64,000 nucleotides of DNA, taken from contig JASCQW010000027.1 in NCBI GenBank assembly GCA_030264375.1, forward strand, positions 84,205,363-84,269,362. Reading direction: 5' to 3'. The notes beneath the pieces were generated by a model. That model did no database searches. It was not told where the DNA came from and saw only the letters and a list, made by a program, of their open reading frames with translations. Made by a program: the position numbers and the translations under genes. Positions within the stretch are counted from its first letter, which is position 1, and every line of letters starts with the position of its first letter. Below are positions 22,641-35,479 of this stretch, piece by piece. This stretch comes from Carcharhinus longimanus. Its lineage: Eukaryota.

Positions 22641-25347
22641 TTAACTTTGTACTAAATTATTGGCCTGTAACTTTTTTGGAGTAACAATCATCATTGGATT
22701 GCCACTACATACCCACTNNNNNNNNNNNNNNNNNNNNNNNNNNNNNNTCGCCCACTTTCCTGACTCAAGCCAGGCAAGATCAGATAACACAGCTGTCCGC
22801 AAAGTCCAGCATCGAAGTCTAATAGAGTCGGAGTAAAAAAGAGAACACGTTCCGTTTTGTAATGGCACTTCCTGCCATAAAGCAGATCAGTTTAAAAGTT
22901 CAATTGAAACTGACAGGTCAGGGAGAAGGTAAGTCTCTAAGGTAAGTGGATAAGATTTGGGGTTGTGGGGGGAACCACAGGTTAGTGTTTCTGGGGTGGG
23001 GGAGACACCGGAGTGGATGTGGAGGGTGATGGTGGGATTTGGACTTGGGGTGAGGTGAGGAATTGGACATTGGGATGAGCTGGGGGAAAACGGGTTCAGA
23101 CACTGGGGAGTGATAGCCAATAATGAAGGTTGGTCTTCGGAAGGGCAAAGGGAGTTGGGGGTGGAGGGGGGGACACAATTCCATACCCACCAGTTCCTTT
23201 TGAGTGGGTTCAATCTGGGAATATGTATAGTTGCTGCATTTCTCCTTATAGGTTAAATTGGGTAAAACATTGGTATGCTCAATCTATCCCAGTTCACTCA
23301 CAGATAACATCAATATATTAGGGTTGAGAACACATCAGAGTGCACTGCTATTGAGAGACTAATTTCCTGCGGATCTAATAGCAGCAAATTTATAAGGCAG
23401 AGAAAGAAATTGTTTTTGTTCTAGTTAACAATCGCAAATCTCAAACAGGCAGATCTCTATGGACTAATCAACATTTACATGACTAGAATATGTGCTCATT
23501 GATAGAGAGAGAAGGACAGAGGAGAAATGAGATATTGTAGCTGCACACCGAAGTGTGAAGCAAGATTCTACAAAGTGAGGAAACGGGATTTATGCGATGT
23601 GTATGATATTAGAATATCACGACCGGATCATTTTAACCCCAAGCTTTGTTGGAGATTGAGTGGTATCATTTAAATGTTTTGCATCTTGCGCGTCCATGAA
23701 AGGGTCACATTTTAAAAGAACAGGTTGAACATTAAGTCCATCAAGCATCTTTAAAATAGTTTTTAGTTTGGGAATTTCCATTTTACCACGAAAAGAATAA
23801 GCATTAAAAATTGGACCGTGATCACACATATCATTTCCAAGCACAAAATTCAGCTGCTGCTCCTTTTGATGCACCCAGCACACTTGCTAATATCATTGGT
23901 ATCTATTTAATCTCGACATATCAAATCCTATGTTTGAGCAAGAGCTCAAATACCCTTTCCAACTAATCTGGCATTCTATTTGGCAATTCAAAATCAATCT
24001 GCAAAAGTCCTGATGGGACCAGCATGGAAGGTGCCATATTTAAAGAGATTACCAGCTGCTGTCAGGTAGATCACTGGCTGTTTTATTTACGTTGACAGGA
24101 GATGAATTTGGATTCACTGGGGGGCTTGTGGAAAGCAAGTCAGTCATGAAAGTCTTTTAAGAGGCTCCATGCCTCCATCTTTTTTAGCCCATATTGGCTA
24201 GGGTCCCTTGGTATATTTCTTGGCGAGTGCAGTTGCTAAAAGGAAGCAAGAATGGCTTAATCCATAGATAAAAAGCCCTTATAGCTCTGTTTATGAGCCA
24301 AGGGGAGTAGGATTGTTTCATTAACTCAAGAATCTCCCTATTAACCCTCCCTGCCCTATATCCAATGTCTCCTGTAAGTTCTTTCCCATTGTGCATGGCT
24401 TGTTTACTGTGTGGTATCTTTGAGCAAACTGTGGTAACATTCCTTGGCTGCAATGTTGCAGCTTACTGATAACATTGTCCACTTTTGGGCAAAGGAACTC
24501 ACATAGGAACTGTGTGAGTTCCTGATCTTCTATAATCATCACTACCCCACCATTCCCCCAACTCCCTTTATCGTCACCTTCCTCACATTCACTAATAACC
24601 TGCCATTTCTGATATTTTTCCTTATCCCTGAGATCTGCATATTTATCTGATCCCCACAATCTTCCTGCCAACTGTCCAGCTCCCTTGCCTGATATCACAT
24701 GTTCTATTAGATTCCCTGACAAGCTTCCCCACCCCACTCCATTGTGATCTATTATATTTCCAAACTGCTCATGATTTCCCTATACTGCCTTTCCTGACCC
24801 CCCCCCATGATATTTTATCTTCCCTGACCACCAGGAATATCCCCCTGTGATACGCCACTTTCCTTGAAACTCCCGCTGTGATCTACCCTACAATCTTACT
24901 ATTTCAGCTCCAACTCCTGCTGACGAACCCTCCCATCACCATTACTATATTCTAACCATCCTCTCACCCCCCTCCCCTCCCCAATCACCAATCCCCAACT
25001 TACCCTCTACCCACCTCACTCTCTCCAGTCCATCATCAGCCCCTTCACGATCACCAAATGATTTTCCAAGACTGGATATTAGGTGAGGCATCTTGCTCTC
25101 TGGCAGGTTTCTGAATCATAACTCCTAGCTCCCCTCCCTCTCTGAAATCACATCTCATGCAAATATTGTAGTTAAGATGTACAGTAAAGAAATCTCTCTC
25201 CCACATGGGGTGTCTTCTCTGATATTGTGTGAAAGTCTGTCCTGCAAGAGGAATAGAATGTGTTAGTCAGTCAGGTATGGAGAAGTTTTCATCATCTATT
25301 ACGTGGGTTGGAATGGTTTGTTGCTGCAAAGAAGTATCTGTAAAGAA

Positions 25348-25635
25348 GGGATAGCATGGTGGCACAGTGGTTAACACTGCTGCCTCACAGCGCCAGGGAC
25401 ACAGTTTCAATTCTGGCATCAGGTGACTGCCTGTGCAGAGTTGGCATATTCTCCCCGTGTCTGCATAGGTTTCCTCTGCGCTCCAGTTTCTTCCCACAGT
25501 CCAAAGATGTGCAGGTTAGGGGGATTGGCTATGAGATAAGGCAGGATGGTGGGCCTGGGTAAGATGCTCTGTCAGAGAGATAGTGAAAACTTGATGGGCT
25601 GAATGGCCTCCTTCTGCAGTGTAGGAAATCTGAGT
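25348..25635 (+). mobile_element. HE1-like V-SINE
   Basis: ggtggcacagtggttaacactgctgcctcacagcgccaggg; CR1-like tail gatgggctgaatggcctccttctgca. Confidence 0.9.
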
Positions 25636-25914
25636 ATCCTACACTGGGACATTGAACGTGAGAACAGATGCAATGGCAGAGTTTGGAAGTGACAGCTGAA
25701 GGAGAGCTACTCTATGGGAATTGAAGAAGAGAACTGTAATGGGACAGTGAAGTGGTACATGGCTATGAGAATAGGACCATAAATTGGATTCTGCATCAGA
25801 TCATTAATTTTTTTCTTGCGTTGCTTCCAGATCTGAGAAGAAATACATTTGGTGTTTTTATACTTAACTACCTTGGAGCATTATCACCAGACCATATGAT
25901 ATGTAATAATACTA

Positions 25915-25995
25915 ATAGAAGATCATCGACCTGAGATGTTAACTTTGTTTCTCTCCACAGATGCTGCATGACCAACTGAGTTTTTCTATTTCTTA
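25915..25995 (+). mobile_element. Penelope-derived terminal fragment
   Basis: gatcatcgacctgagatgttaactttgtttctctccacagatgctgc is related to 16728-16912. Confidence 0.55.
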
Positions 25996-26004
25996 CATTC
26001 TTAG

Positions 26005-26303
26005 GATCATAGAATCCCTGCAGCAGAGAAGATGACTATTCAGCCTATTGAGTCTACATCGACTCTCTGATTGAGTGTCTTACTCATGCCCTTTTCCCCA
26101 CCCTGTCCCCATAACCCAACACGGTTAATCAATCTAACCTAAACATCTTTCAGCTTTGGGAGGAAACTGGAGCACCCAGAGAAAACCTGCACAGACAAGG
26201 GGAGAAGGTGCAAACTCCACAAAGACAGTCACCCAAGGCCAGAATTGAACCTGGATCCCTAGCACTGAGGCAACAGTGTTAACCACTGTACCACCGTGCC
26301 ACC
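26005..26303 (-). mobile_element. HE1-like V-SINE
   Basis: gggaggaaactggagcaccc...aaccactgtaccaccgtgccacc. Confidence 0.9.
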
Positions 26304-26444
26304 CTTTCTTATTTTAGAATTATGCTATAAAACATTGCCCCTTCTAATGAGGATTATATTTACTCTTGTTAATTTCCTCCAGGGAATTATCAGAAATCAG
26401 GGGCATGCTACACCTCAACGGTTTTTTTGCCATCAGATAATAGA

Positions 26445-27038
26445 AATCAGAGGCTAGGAATACTGCGACGAGTAACACACCTCCTGACTCCCCAGAGCCT
26501 GTCCACCATCTACAGGACACAAGTCATGTGTGTGATAGAATATTCCCCAGTTGCCTGGATGGGTGCAGCTCCAACACCACTCAAGAAACTTGACATCATC
26601 CAGAACAAAGCAGCCCACTTGATTGGCATAACATCTACAAACTTCCACTCCCTCCACCACCAATGCTCAGTAGCAGCAGTGTATGTTATCAACAAGGTGC
26701 AGTACAAAAATTCAAAGATCCTTACACAGCATATTCCAAACCCACAATTGCTTCCATCTAGAAGGACAAGGGCAGCAGATACATGGGAACACCAGCACGT
26801 GCAAGTTCCCCTCTAAGCCACTCACCATCCTGACTTGGAAATACATCACCATTCCTTCACATTCGCCGGATCAAATCCTGGAATTTCCTCCCCAATGGCA
26901 TTGTGGATCAACCCACAACACATGGACTGCAGCGAATCAAGAAGACAGCTCATGACCACCTTCTCAAGGGCAATTAAAGATGGGCAATAAATGCTGGCCA
27001 GCTAGCAATGCCCATATCCCACAAATGAATTTTAAAAA
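26445..27038 (+). mobile_element. LINE family 2 (CR1/L2 group) 3' end
   Basis: QRLGILRRVTHLLTPQSLSTIYRTQV..EYSPVAWMGAAPTPLKKLDIIQNKAAHLIG plus 3' UTR. Confidence 0.88.
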
Positions 27039-27335
27039 ATACAGAAATAGCTTGGAGCCAGGCTTCACATGAGCACTGTACCTCCCGTTTAACAGATGCA
27101 GAGTACCTCTCCTAGACACAGCTTCCAGGAACAGTGACCAATGCCACTGATCATGTTTTTAGTATTTTTAAACACTTAGTCATCAACTTTCCAGAAATCC
27201 TATGGTGTTTAATTTAAAATTCAATCATGCAGTCAGATCCTTAGAGGCCCCCTGCAGCAGAATATGCTTGATAAGCCATTCTGCAGATCATTATTGAATA
27301 AAGCAAATTACATCCTATGCTTGTTGGTAACTTAC

Positions 27336-27548
27336 AGCTAGCATGCAGGGTGAATGCAGACTCTGCCAGATTTCTGTCCTCTGCAGTCCTGGATTGTGAT
27401 TCACAGAGTGTCTCTTTTTCGAACTTTACAACTGTATTCAGTGTCAGTCTCTGTGACAGTGCTGGGGCAGAGGGAATAATTGATGCAAGCGGCAGTGAGG
27501 TTACAGAAGCAGTGGAGCCAAATCATATCATTTCATCTTGGTCTGAAT
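27336..27548 (-). pseudogene. Candidate phase-1 symmetric exon (213 bp) with one in-frame TGA
   Basis: Acceptor ttcttgccttttctcttgtag|, SDQDEMI*FGSTASVTSLPLASIIPSAPALSQRLTLNTVVKFEKETLCESQSRTAEDRNLAESAFTLHAS, donor |gtaagt. Confidence 0.4.
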
Positions 27549-27954
27549 CTACAAGAGAAAAGGCAAGAAATTTACAAAACACCCCCAGGACAGTGCCTTC
27601 AAAGAGATAAGACCCCAAGAGACTTAATGTACCCTGAGCCACTTACTAGTGAATGTCCCTGCAGTGAGGATTTGAAAATACAATTACAAATGGAGGATGC
27701 TTGCTGTATGGTGGCTCAACTACATCAAAACGTCAAAATGTCTCTCCTTAGAAGTACTTTTTTCAGATTATATCATCTATTCCATAATGACTGGTCATCT
27801 GTCTATATTGAGCCTTTAGCTTTGGTAATGCGCAGCCTTATCCTTTGCCAGAGCACAGTAAATAACATGACTGAAGTCACTGAGCACCTCCAACATTACC
27901 ACTGTGTCCACAAAACCTGATTCCCAGAATCAGTTTTAAAGTTAAGTTTTTTTA

Positions 27955-28240
27955 GAAAGTTTATGTATTAGTGTCATATGTAGGCTTACATTAACACTGC
28001 AGTGAAGTTAGTGTGAAAATTCCTGAGTCGTCACCCTGTGGCTCCTGTTCAGGTACGATGAGGGAGAATTTAGCATGGTCAATGCACCTAAACCTTTCAG
28101 ACTGTGGGAGCAAACCACAGCACCGAGGAAACCCACACAGACACTGGGAGAACGTGCAAACTCCGCACAGGGGGTGACCCAGAAATCGAACCCAGGTGCA
28201 TGGTACTGTGAGGCAATGATAACCACTGTGCCACCATGTT
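27955..28240 (-). mobile_element. HE1-like V-SINE with alternative 3' tail
   Basis: Same tail type as 18590-18870. Confidence 0.85.
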
Positions 28241-28904
28241 GCTCAATCGAGCCACTGTGAATAAACTGCCGTGCTGTTTCTTCAGGCAGGGTCCTGCAAG
28301 AGTGAAACTTTGTGTGTTGTGATTCCTGTGGAGACAGGCAGCTTTTGTAAGTGTATTTTAATTCCCGTGCCTGACTGAAAAGATCACAAAATATTTCAAG
28401 TCATACAACTTTTACTGTAATAAACAAACAAAAGTAGCACTGTCTAAATATTCGGTAGGCAAGTTCTACGCAAACTACAGATGGAATTCACCACCCTCCA
28501 CCCTTTTAAACTTTAAAGCAAAATAAAATACCCCTCTACATAAATAGGGGACATTTCAATCTCTACGAACATGCGCTAACTCAAAAAGCTATTCTCAGCT
28601 CTCACTATCTTGTTTCCTGTTTTCCTTCTCCAGCTAGATTACTTCTAATCGCCAAAAAGACATTTTTGGTGAGGGTGATCATGGTGATTCCTGTCTCGAG
28701 CCAAAATGGGGCAAATCTTCCAGCTTAGTTAAATCCTCACAAAGTCAAACTTTTCAACCTAACTTTGAGCTTCAACTTGCCACTAAATCAATGGTGAAGG
28801 AAACTAAGGGAGCAGCACAGCAGGCTGAGAGAATCCCGTCCAGGTGCTTTATAGATGGTAGGCTGACTTTGGAGCTAAGAGGTGAATTATGCACTGGAGA
28901 GCAC

Positions 28905-29400
28905 CCTGTTTCTGACCTCTACCCATAGTTATTACATAGATGATCCAGCTAAGTTCCTGGTCAATGATGACACCTCCCAGCATATTGATCGTAGGGGATT
29001 CAATGATGGTAATGGGGATTTAGTTAGATTCTCTCTTATTGAAGTTTGTCATTGCCTGGCACTTAAGTGGCAGGTAACACTTGTGCCAATCAGCCCAGAC
29101 TTGAATGTTGCCCAGATCTTGCTCCATGCGAGTACAAACTACTTCAGTATGTGAAGAGCTGCCAAGGGCACCAAACACTGTACCATCATCAACTAACATC
29201 ACCATTTCTGACTTAATGTTGGATGAAGGACCATTGATGAAATCATGGATTAATGGGCCTGGGACATTATGCTGACGAACTCCTACAGCAATATTCTGCG
29301 GTTAAGATGAATGGCATCCGGCAACTACAATCATCTTTGTTTGCACTAAGTGTAACTCCAACCAGTGAAAACTCTTTCTTCCTGATTCTTACTGAGTTCT
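28905..29400 (-). mobile_element. LINE family 2 RT fragment
   Basis: MLVDDGTVF...MEQDLGNIQVWADW...KCQAMT. Confidence 0.75.
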
Positions 29401-30913
29401 ATTAATCTATTCTGTACTTTTTCTATTGCTTTAATATCCTACTTATGATAGAGAATTTATTTGTAAACCCAGTCGAACTAAGCTATAATTTAGAAAGTGG
29501 CATGGAATTTTGTTACCGTGCATTGCCACCCCATTTAAGCATTATAAAGGAGGAACCTATGGNNNNNNNNNNNNNNNNNNNNNNNNNNNNNNNNNNNNNN
29601 NNNNNNNNNNNNNNNNNNNNNNNNNNNNNNNNNNNNNNNNNNNNNNNNNNNNNNNNNNNNNNNNNNNNNNNNNNNNNNNNNNNNNNNNNNNNNNNNNNNN
29701 NNNNNNNNNNNNNNNNNNNNNNNNNNNNNNNNNNNNNNNNNNNNNNNNNNNNNNNNNNNNNNNNNNNNNNNNNNNNNNNNNNNNNNNNNNNNNNNNNNNN
29801 NNNNNNNNNNNNNNNNNNNNNNNNNNNNNNNNNNNNNNNNNNNNNNNNNNNNNNNNNNNNNNNNNNNNNNNNNNNNNNNNNNNNNNNNNNNNNNNNNNNN
29901 NNNNNNNNNNNNNNNNNNNNNNNNNNNNNNNNNNNNNNNNNNNNNNNNNNNNNNNNNNNNNNNNNNNNNNNNNNNCTTCTCTCATCCTACCGTACTCCCC
30001 TCTGTTCAAACAAAGGACGCGTGTCCGGGAACCCACTTTCTCCTCCTCCATCCAATGCCGGCATATCCACATCATTTCTCCTCCCCTCCCCATGTTCCCT
30101 CATTCACTTCTGCAAGCAAGAAATCTATCTCTCCCAACCTATATCATACTCAATAATGGAACAGTTATAGACCTAGATAGTTCTGAACTTCAGAGGATAG
30201 GGAACAGTCAGTTCAATGAGGATGTGGGGACAGTACAAATGATTCTCTTGATTGTCTTCCTTTGGATGGATAGCATTCTGCATGAATGTAAACAATTATT
30301 AAAAGTGCTCCCGACATTGGGCTGCTTATTTTCAGTGACAAAGATGAAAATTACCTGACTAGTCCTTTGTGATGTTTAGTTTGTTTTATCCTGTGCACTT
30401 CACAGATTATCACAATATTTAATAACATTTCCATTAGTAGTGTTGCCCTGAAAGCTGTGCAATGATATCTGTTGCTTATGAATCTAGCGTTATGTCAGGA
30501 AAATTGTAAAATAAATGAACAGAGTAAAACAAAAAGCCTAACTTCATATGCATTATCTGACAAACATTTTCTAAATCATATTGAATTACTGAGATAAAGA
30601 AAACAAGTGTAACTATTACAATGCTAATGCACTTTGACAAGAAAATTACAGAGAATGACCTTTAACATTAAAAATACTTCATTGCAGCAGTGACATTAAC
30701 TGTATGCTTTCATATATGCCTGCAGCATGACATATTTTAAAATCGCAATGTCACGATGACTACATCAAAACTGTTTTAAACCTAAAGTTAGCTGAAGATG
30801 GAACCATGCATTATTCATAGACGAGTTGCAATCTAATTATTGTGCTTTCACAGATTATTACATTCAATGTTGCAAGACTTGGTTTGGGAAAAAAAACACA
30901 CAGCAAGACACAG

Positions 30914-31104
30914 AGGCCAGAACTTTCCAACTGTTCACACCGGTGGGATCCTCTGGCCCTGCCAACCGCACATCCCTGCTGCGGGCTTCCCAGCAGCATG
31001 GGGAGGAGTCAAATGGAAACCCCTTTGATCGTGGCGAAACCAGAGGATCTCGCTGCCGGCCAATGGTGTGTCTTTGGCCACTGGGAAGCCAGAGAATCCT
31101 GCCC
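30914..31104. mobile_element. Harbinger-type MITE (family of 3795-4005)
   Basis: ggccagaactttcc ... gagaatcctgccc; shared interior with 3795-4005. Confidence 0.6.
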
Positions 31105-31329
31105 AGAATTTTAAAGGCATGTAGCTTGCCAGACATGGAAATAGGATCCAGCTTTTGGATGTTATGTATTTGTACTGATTTTGGAGAAGCAACGTTGAAG
31201 CTGCCCTGAGCACCGTATAATAACATATGCATGACTTCAGTGAGATGAAATCAACCATGACTGTATTAAATGACCGAGCAGGCTCAGGGGGCTGAATTGC
31301 CCAGTTCTTATGATTCTTATGAGTTGACA

Positions 31330-32330
31330 TCACAGACCACCAGTACGACTAACTGTGCAGAGTAAATAAGCAGCCTGTACTAAACATACTTTGTTAATAA
31401 AGCTCCTTTAGTTTGTCAGCTTTCATGCCTCTTAGCATCAATCCTGCAGACATAACACAAACTGGCGACAAGGACATCAAACAGCACTTGCTAGCCACCA
31501 GGGAGGAGGAAAAAATTCATTGGAAAAGTCAGGAGAAAGGACTTTGAAGAAAAGCTATCCACATGGTCTGGATAGAATGCACTTGGTGAGCATGAGTAAT
31601 GATCACCCTGCAAAGTGATTAAAGAACAATTGCAGAAGCAAATATAGGACATGGAGTGTTTAAAAATCAGGCTGAAGATTGGGTTGTGTCTTGTTTTAAA
31701 AGGCAAAGCAGCTGCTGAAAACACATTGCAAACTCTGCACAAGGAGCACCTTCCATTAGAAAAATAATTGTGGGAGTTTTTGGTGCCGTGGAATCCTTCT
31801 GTGAAAATGTGGAGCGATGGAGATCCTATCCTGAGCAGTTTAACCATTTTGTGCAAGCAAGCAAAATAACAGAAGATTTTTGGGTTTCCGTGTGTCTGAG
31901 TGTAATGGGGAGGGTGGGAGAGTGGGGGGGACGGACAGGATGTTTAATCTCCTCAGAAATTCAGTGCAGCCTGAGAAGCCAGGCACGAAAACATATAGAC
32001 AAATTGTAGAATTTCAAGCACATTGTTGGCCAAAGTCTTTAGTGATTGGAGAGTGGTTCAGATTTCACAAACGTATTGAAGAAGAGGGGGAATTAATTGC
32101 ACATTTCATAGATGTATTAAAAAGACTTTCAGAGTACTGTGAGTTCAGTCATGTGTCAAATGACACAATTGAGGACGGATTAATCTGTGATCTGAGAAGT
32201 GAGGCAATACAGAAATGGTCGCTAAACAGAGTAACCTTACTCTGCAAAAGTGCTGTGTAAATTGCTGTTTCAATGGAGCTGGCTGTGAAAGAAGCTCAGC
32301 AACTGATACAAATACTCACAAAATGATAGC
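31330..32330 (+). mobile_element. Gypsy (Mag-like) LTR retrotransposon 5' remnant: LTR end, PBS, gag
   Basis: AATAAA, LTR end TAACA (31457), PBS TGGCGACAAGGA (near match to tRNA-Ser GCT 3' end); gag FNLLRNSVQPEKPGTKTY...FRFHKRIEEEGE...LKRLSEYCEF. Confidence 0.85.
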
Positions 32331-32384
32331 TGAGTTGCTGCCTAAGGCTGTGATCTTACCTTCTCACTCCACTGGCTGATAGAC

Positions 32385-32895
32385 CCTAGAGTACTGAAGC
32401 AGGTATGGGCACCACACTTTAGGATGTTTTGGCCCTGGAAGGAGTTCAACACAGGTCTACAAAAATGATACTTGGACTTCAAGGGTTAAGTTATAAGGAA
32501 AGATTAGACAAATTAGATCTTTATTCTTTTGAATTCAGAAGGTTGAGGGATGATCTGATCGAAGCCTACAAAATATTTACAGGGCAGGACATTATAGATA
32601 AGGAGAAGCTGTTGAAGGCTCTTCAGGAGTCATAATCTAAAACTTAGGGCAGAGCCATTCAGGAGAGATGTTAAAAGACACTTCTACATGCTGTGAGTGA
32701 TGGAGGTTTGAAACTCTCTTCCTCAAATGGCGGTGGATATTGGTTGTTAGGTTTAAGTCTGAGATTTTTTTTGAGCAGAAGTATGAAGGGTTATGGACAT
32801 AGGCAGGCACATGAAGTTAGGCCACAGATCAGCCATGATCTTATTGAATGACAGAGTGGGCTCAAGGGCCTATCCCTGTTCCTATTTTCTTGTGT
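32385..32895 (+). mobile_element. CR1 LINE 3' fragment
   Basis: ALEGVQHRSTKMILGLQGLSYKERLDKLDLYSFEFRRLRDDLIEAYK. Confidence 0.9.
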
Positions 32896-33098
32896 CATCC
32901 ATATCGTTAATTTGACATGGTGCGGAGAAGGGGTGCAGGCTTCACTGGCAGTGGCACAAGCTGCTTGAGTATCTGTTGGGAGTTGATTCCCTGAAGGGTG
33001 TTAACCCCTCACTTAAAAAGCCCAGGCTGAGCCCTTCGCACAGGTCCCAAGCATTACCACCATGCCACTACCTCCCTCAAAACTGTTGTGCCTCATAC

Positions 33099-33495
33099 CT
33101 GTACTCTGGAAATTGTTCTCAGATTTTCTACACTGACTCTCTAAATTTTGTAAAAAGTCTGACAACACCAGGTTTTAGTCCAACCAATTTATTTGATAGT
33201 AAACGCACAAGCTTTCCCTCAAAGAGAGAAAACNNNNNNNNNNNNNNNNNNNNNNNNNNNNNNNNNNNNNNNNNNNNNNNNNNNNNNNNNNNNNNNNNNN
33301 NNNNNNNNNNNNNNNNNNNNNNNNNNNNNNNNNTTGGACTAAAACCTGGTGTTGTCAGACTTTTTACTGTGTTTACCCCAGTCCAACGCCGGCACATCCA
33401 CATCATCTCTAAATTTTGACAGTGCGTTTGAGAGAAGCATTTTCAGTACGTTCTGCATTAAGAGGAATGGCCCTGTTCCTCGTTATCATTGAGAA
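33099..33495 (-). pseudogene. Disrupted duplicate of the 35271-35427 exon
   Basis: Clear homology to 35271-35427; donor CAG|GTATGA kept; acceptor position reads CAT; internal deletion; Penelope insertion. Confidence 0.5.
33151..33405 (+). mobile_element. Palindromic Penelope-derived element
   Basis: Inverted arms taaaaagtctgacaacaccaggttttagtccaa / ttggactaaaacctggtgttgtcagactttttac; exact 13-bp TSD TCTCTAAATTTTG (33138-33150, 33406-33418). Confidence 0.88.
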
Positions 33496-34864
33496 TATGC
33501 AGTGAAACAGCGTACCACCGCAATCTTTGGAGCTTCATTGGGGTTGTATTGGAACACATTCATTCCCTTACCCACACCTCCGAACCTGCTCAGTCACCCA
33601 AAGTGAAATGCTTTGTTCCACCCCCACTGAGAGTCTCATTGCGGCAGCCTGACATTCCCTCTCTCCAGCAGTGGCAGACACCTTGTGTGCAGCAGAGATA
33701 CTGCTGCTCTGTGCGTATGCCACTGAAACAGATGAATAGCGTTAGACTGCAGGGTATACCTGCCTAGGTGACAGACTTCGTGCAGCGATAATGAAGAAAA
33801 ATTTGGGTCTCGATCTTCCCAGTACAATTTATCTGATCAATTGCTGTATTAGATTTCTCTTGAAGATTTGGAGCAGTTACATGTTGCCGAGGGACATTTT
33901 TGTCATGGAAGCCACCTGATTGTAAGCCCAGTGTATGCACACACCCTGTACCGCTGTACATATACCCAGTTGTATATGTAGATATTGTGCGCAGCAGATA
34001 TTACTGCGGCATTCTGCAGTGCTACAGGAATCAGGCTAGCAGCCAGGACACATGGGAAGTGTAAATTTCATGCTGGCTTTTGTCCTTGAATGCTGGCAAC
34101 CTGAGAAATGCTGTCAGTGTGAATACAGATTATGGACATTCAGTTCTCGTGACAATCACATAAACTGGTTCACAGAGACAGAATGACTCATGATGATTAT
34201 TGTAATTGATACGAACGGCAGCCCGCAAATAGAGAAAACTTGTGCAATTTCATTGGGGTAATATCTCATGCAGAGTTTCAGGTGAAGGTGAAGCCCAGGT
34301 TTGGATGTGGATGTGAGCACACTGAGACATTTCTATGTATTAAAATGAATGAGAAGGTCTGCACTGAAACATGGGCTTAAAAACTGGCATGAGTGACTGC
34401 CACTCGGACTACTGTGTAGGAGGACAACACGAAAACAGCTCTGAAACGACTTGAAGTCGGCCAGTGGAGTTGCCAGGTTCCAACGCCTGCTCCATGGTAA
34501 CTTCATGGGTTGGGGTGAGGTTGGGAGGATGTCAGGAGGCAGGGTGGGGGCTGTGGGTAGTGTGTGAGGCAGAGGAGTGGGAGGGTGGTGTGGGGGTGAT
34601 GAGGACCGGCTGGCAATGGCCTGCGGTTTCAATGTTAAAGAGGAAGAAGCTATGTGATTGCACATACACAGATATGACAGCCACACAGGGTTCCAGAATG
34701 TTCTGGAATGCAGACAGTTGTATATGACTTAGAATTGCTCAATAGGAGTTACACTTGCTCTTTTTCCTGCTGCAATTTAGACTGAAAACTAATGATAAGT
34801 GGACTGATACCACCCTGATTTACAGCCCATATTCGACTATGAGCCTGGGAGAACAACAAAGGGA

Positions 34865-35250
34865 TATATTTTTAACAATTATTTATTCTTTCATGGGATG
34901 TGGATGTTATGCTAAAACCTACATTTGTTGCCTAGTCCTAATTGTCCTTGTACTGAGTTACATTTCAGTGGGCAGTTAAGAGTCAGCCACATTGCTGGGA
35001 GTCTGGAGTCACATGTAGACTAGGTAAGGGTAATAGATTTCCTTCCTTAAAGGACATTAATGATAGATTTTTATGGCAATCAATGAATGTCCCATGGTCG
35101 CTGTCATTAAGGTTAGCTTTCGATTCCAGAATTTATCAATTTAATTTCCACCAGCTGCTGTGCTGGGATTTGAACCCGTGTACCCAGAGGATTAGCCTGG
35201 GCATCTGGATTACGTATCCCGAGCATTACCAGTATGCCAATATCTCCCCC
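34865..35250 (-). mobile_element. tRNA-derived SINE with LINE family 2-like tail
   Basis: ggatttgaacccgtg B-box-like head on the minus strand; 3' end resembles 27000-27038. Confidence 0.65.
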
Positions 35251-35270
35251 GAAGCTGTGGTGCCTCATAC

Positions 35271-35427
35271 CTGTAGTCTGGAAATTGTTCACAGATTTTC
35301 TTCTTTAACTCCAAGTTTTGACAGTGTATCTGAAAGCAGCATTTTCAGTATGTTCTGCATTAAGAAATTGAAAGGTGCAATGGTCCACCCACTGAACATT
35401 CCCCTGTTCCTGGTTATCATTGACAGC
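35271..35427 (-). pseudogene. Candidate exon (157 bp) of unidentified host gene with premature TGA
   Basis: Strong acceptor ccttcttcctgtgctcctcttccag|, donor CAG|gtatga; LSMITRNRGMFSGWTIAPFNFLMQNILKMLLSDTLSKLGVKEENL*TISRLQ; the duplicate has AGA at the stop. Confidence 0.5.
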
Positions 35428-35479
35428 CTGGAAGAGGAGCACAGGAAGAAGGCACAGCACATGTCATACCATGGTCAGT

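Noticed and set aside
23617-23883. 88-aa minus ORF as an exon
   Set aside because: Splice signals are weak and the protein is unrecognisable, so it is not supportable
25348-25420. tRNA gene-like sequence
   Set aside because: It is the tRNA-derived head of a V-SINE, followed by the V-domain and a LINE tail
29445-30358. Long ORFs of 178-282 aa
   Set aside because: They are open only because they span an N gap; the same applies at 38591-39069 and 43163-43846
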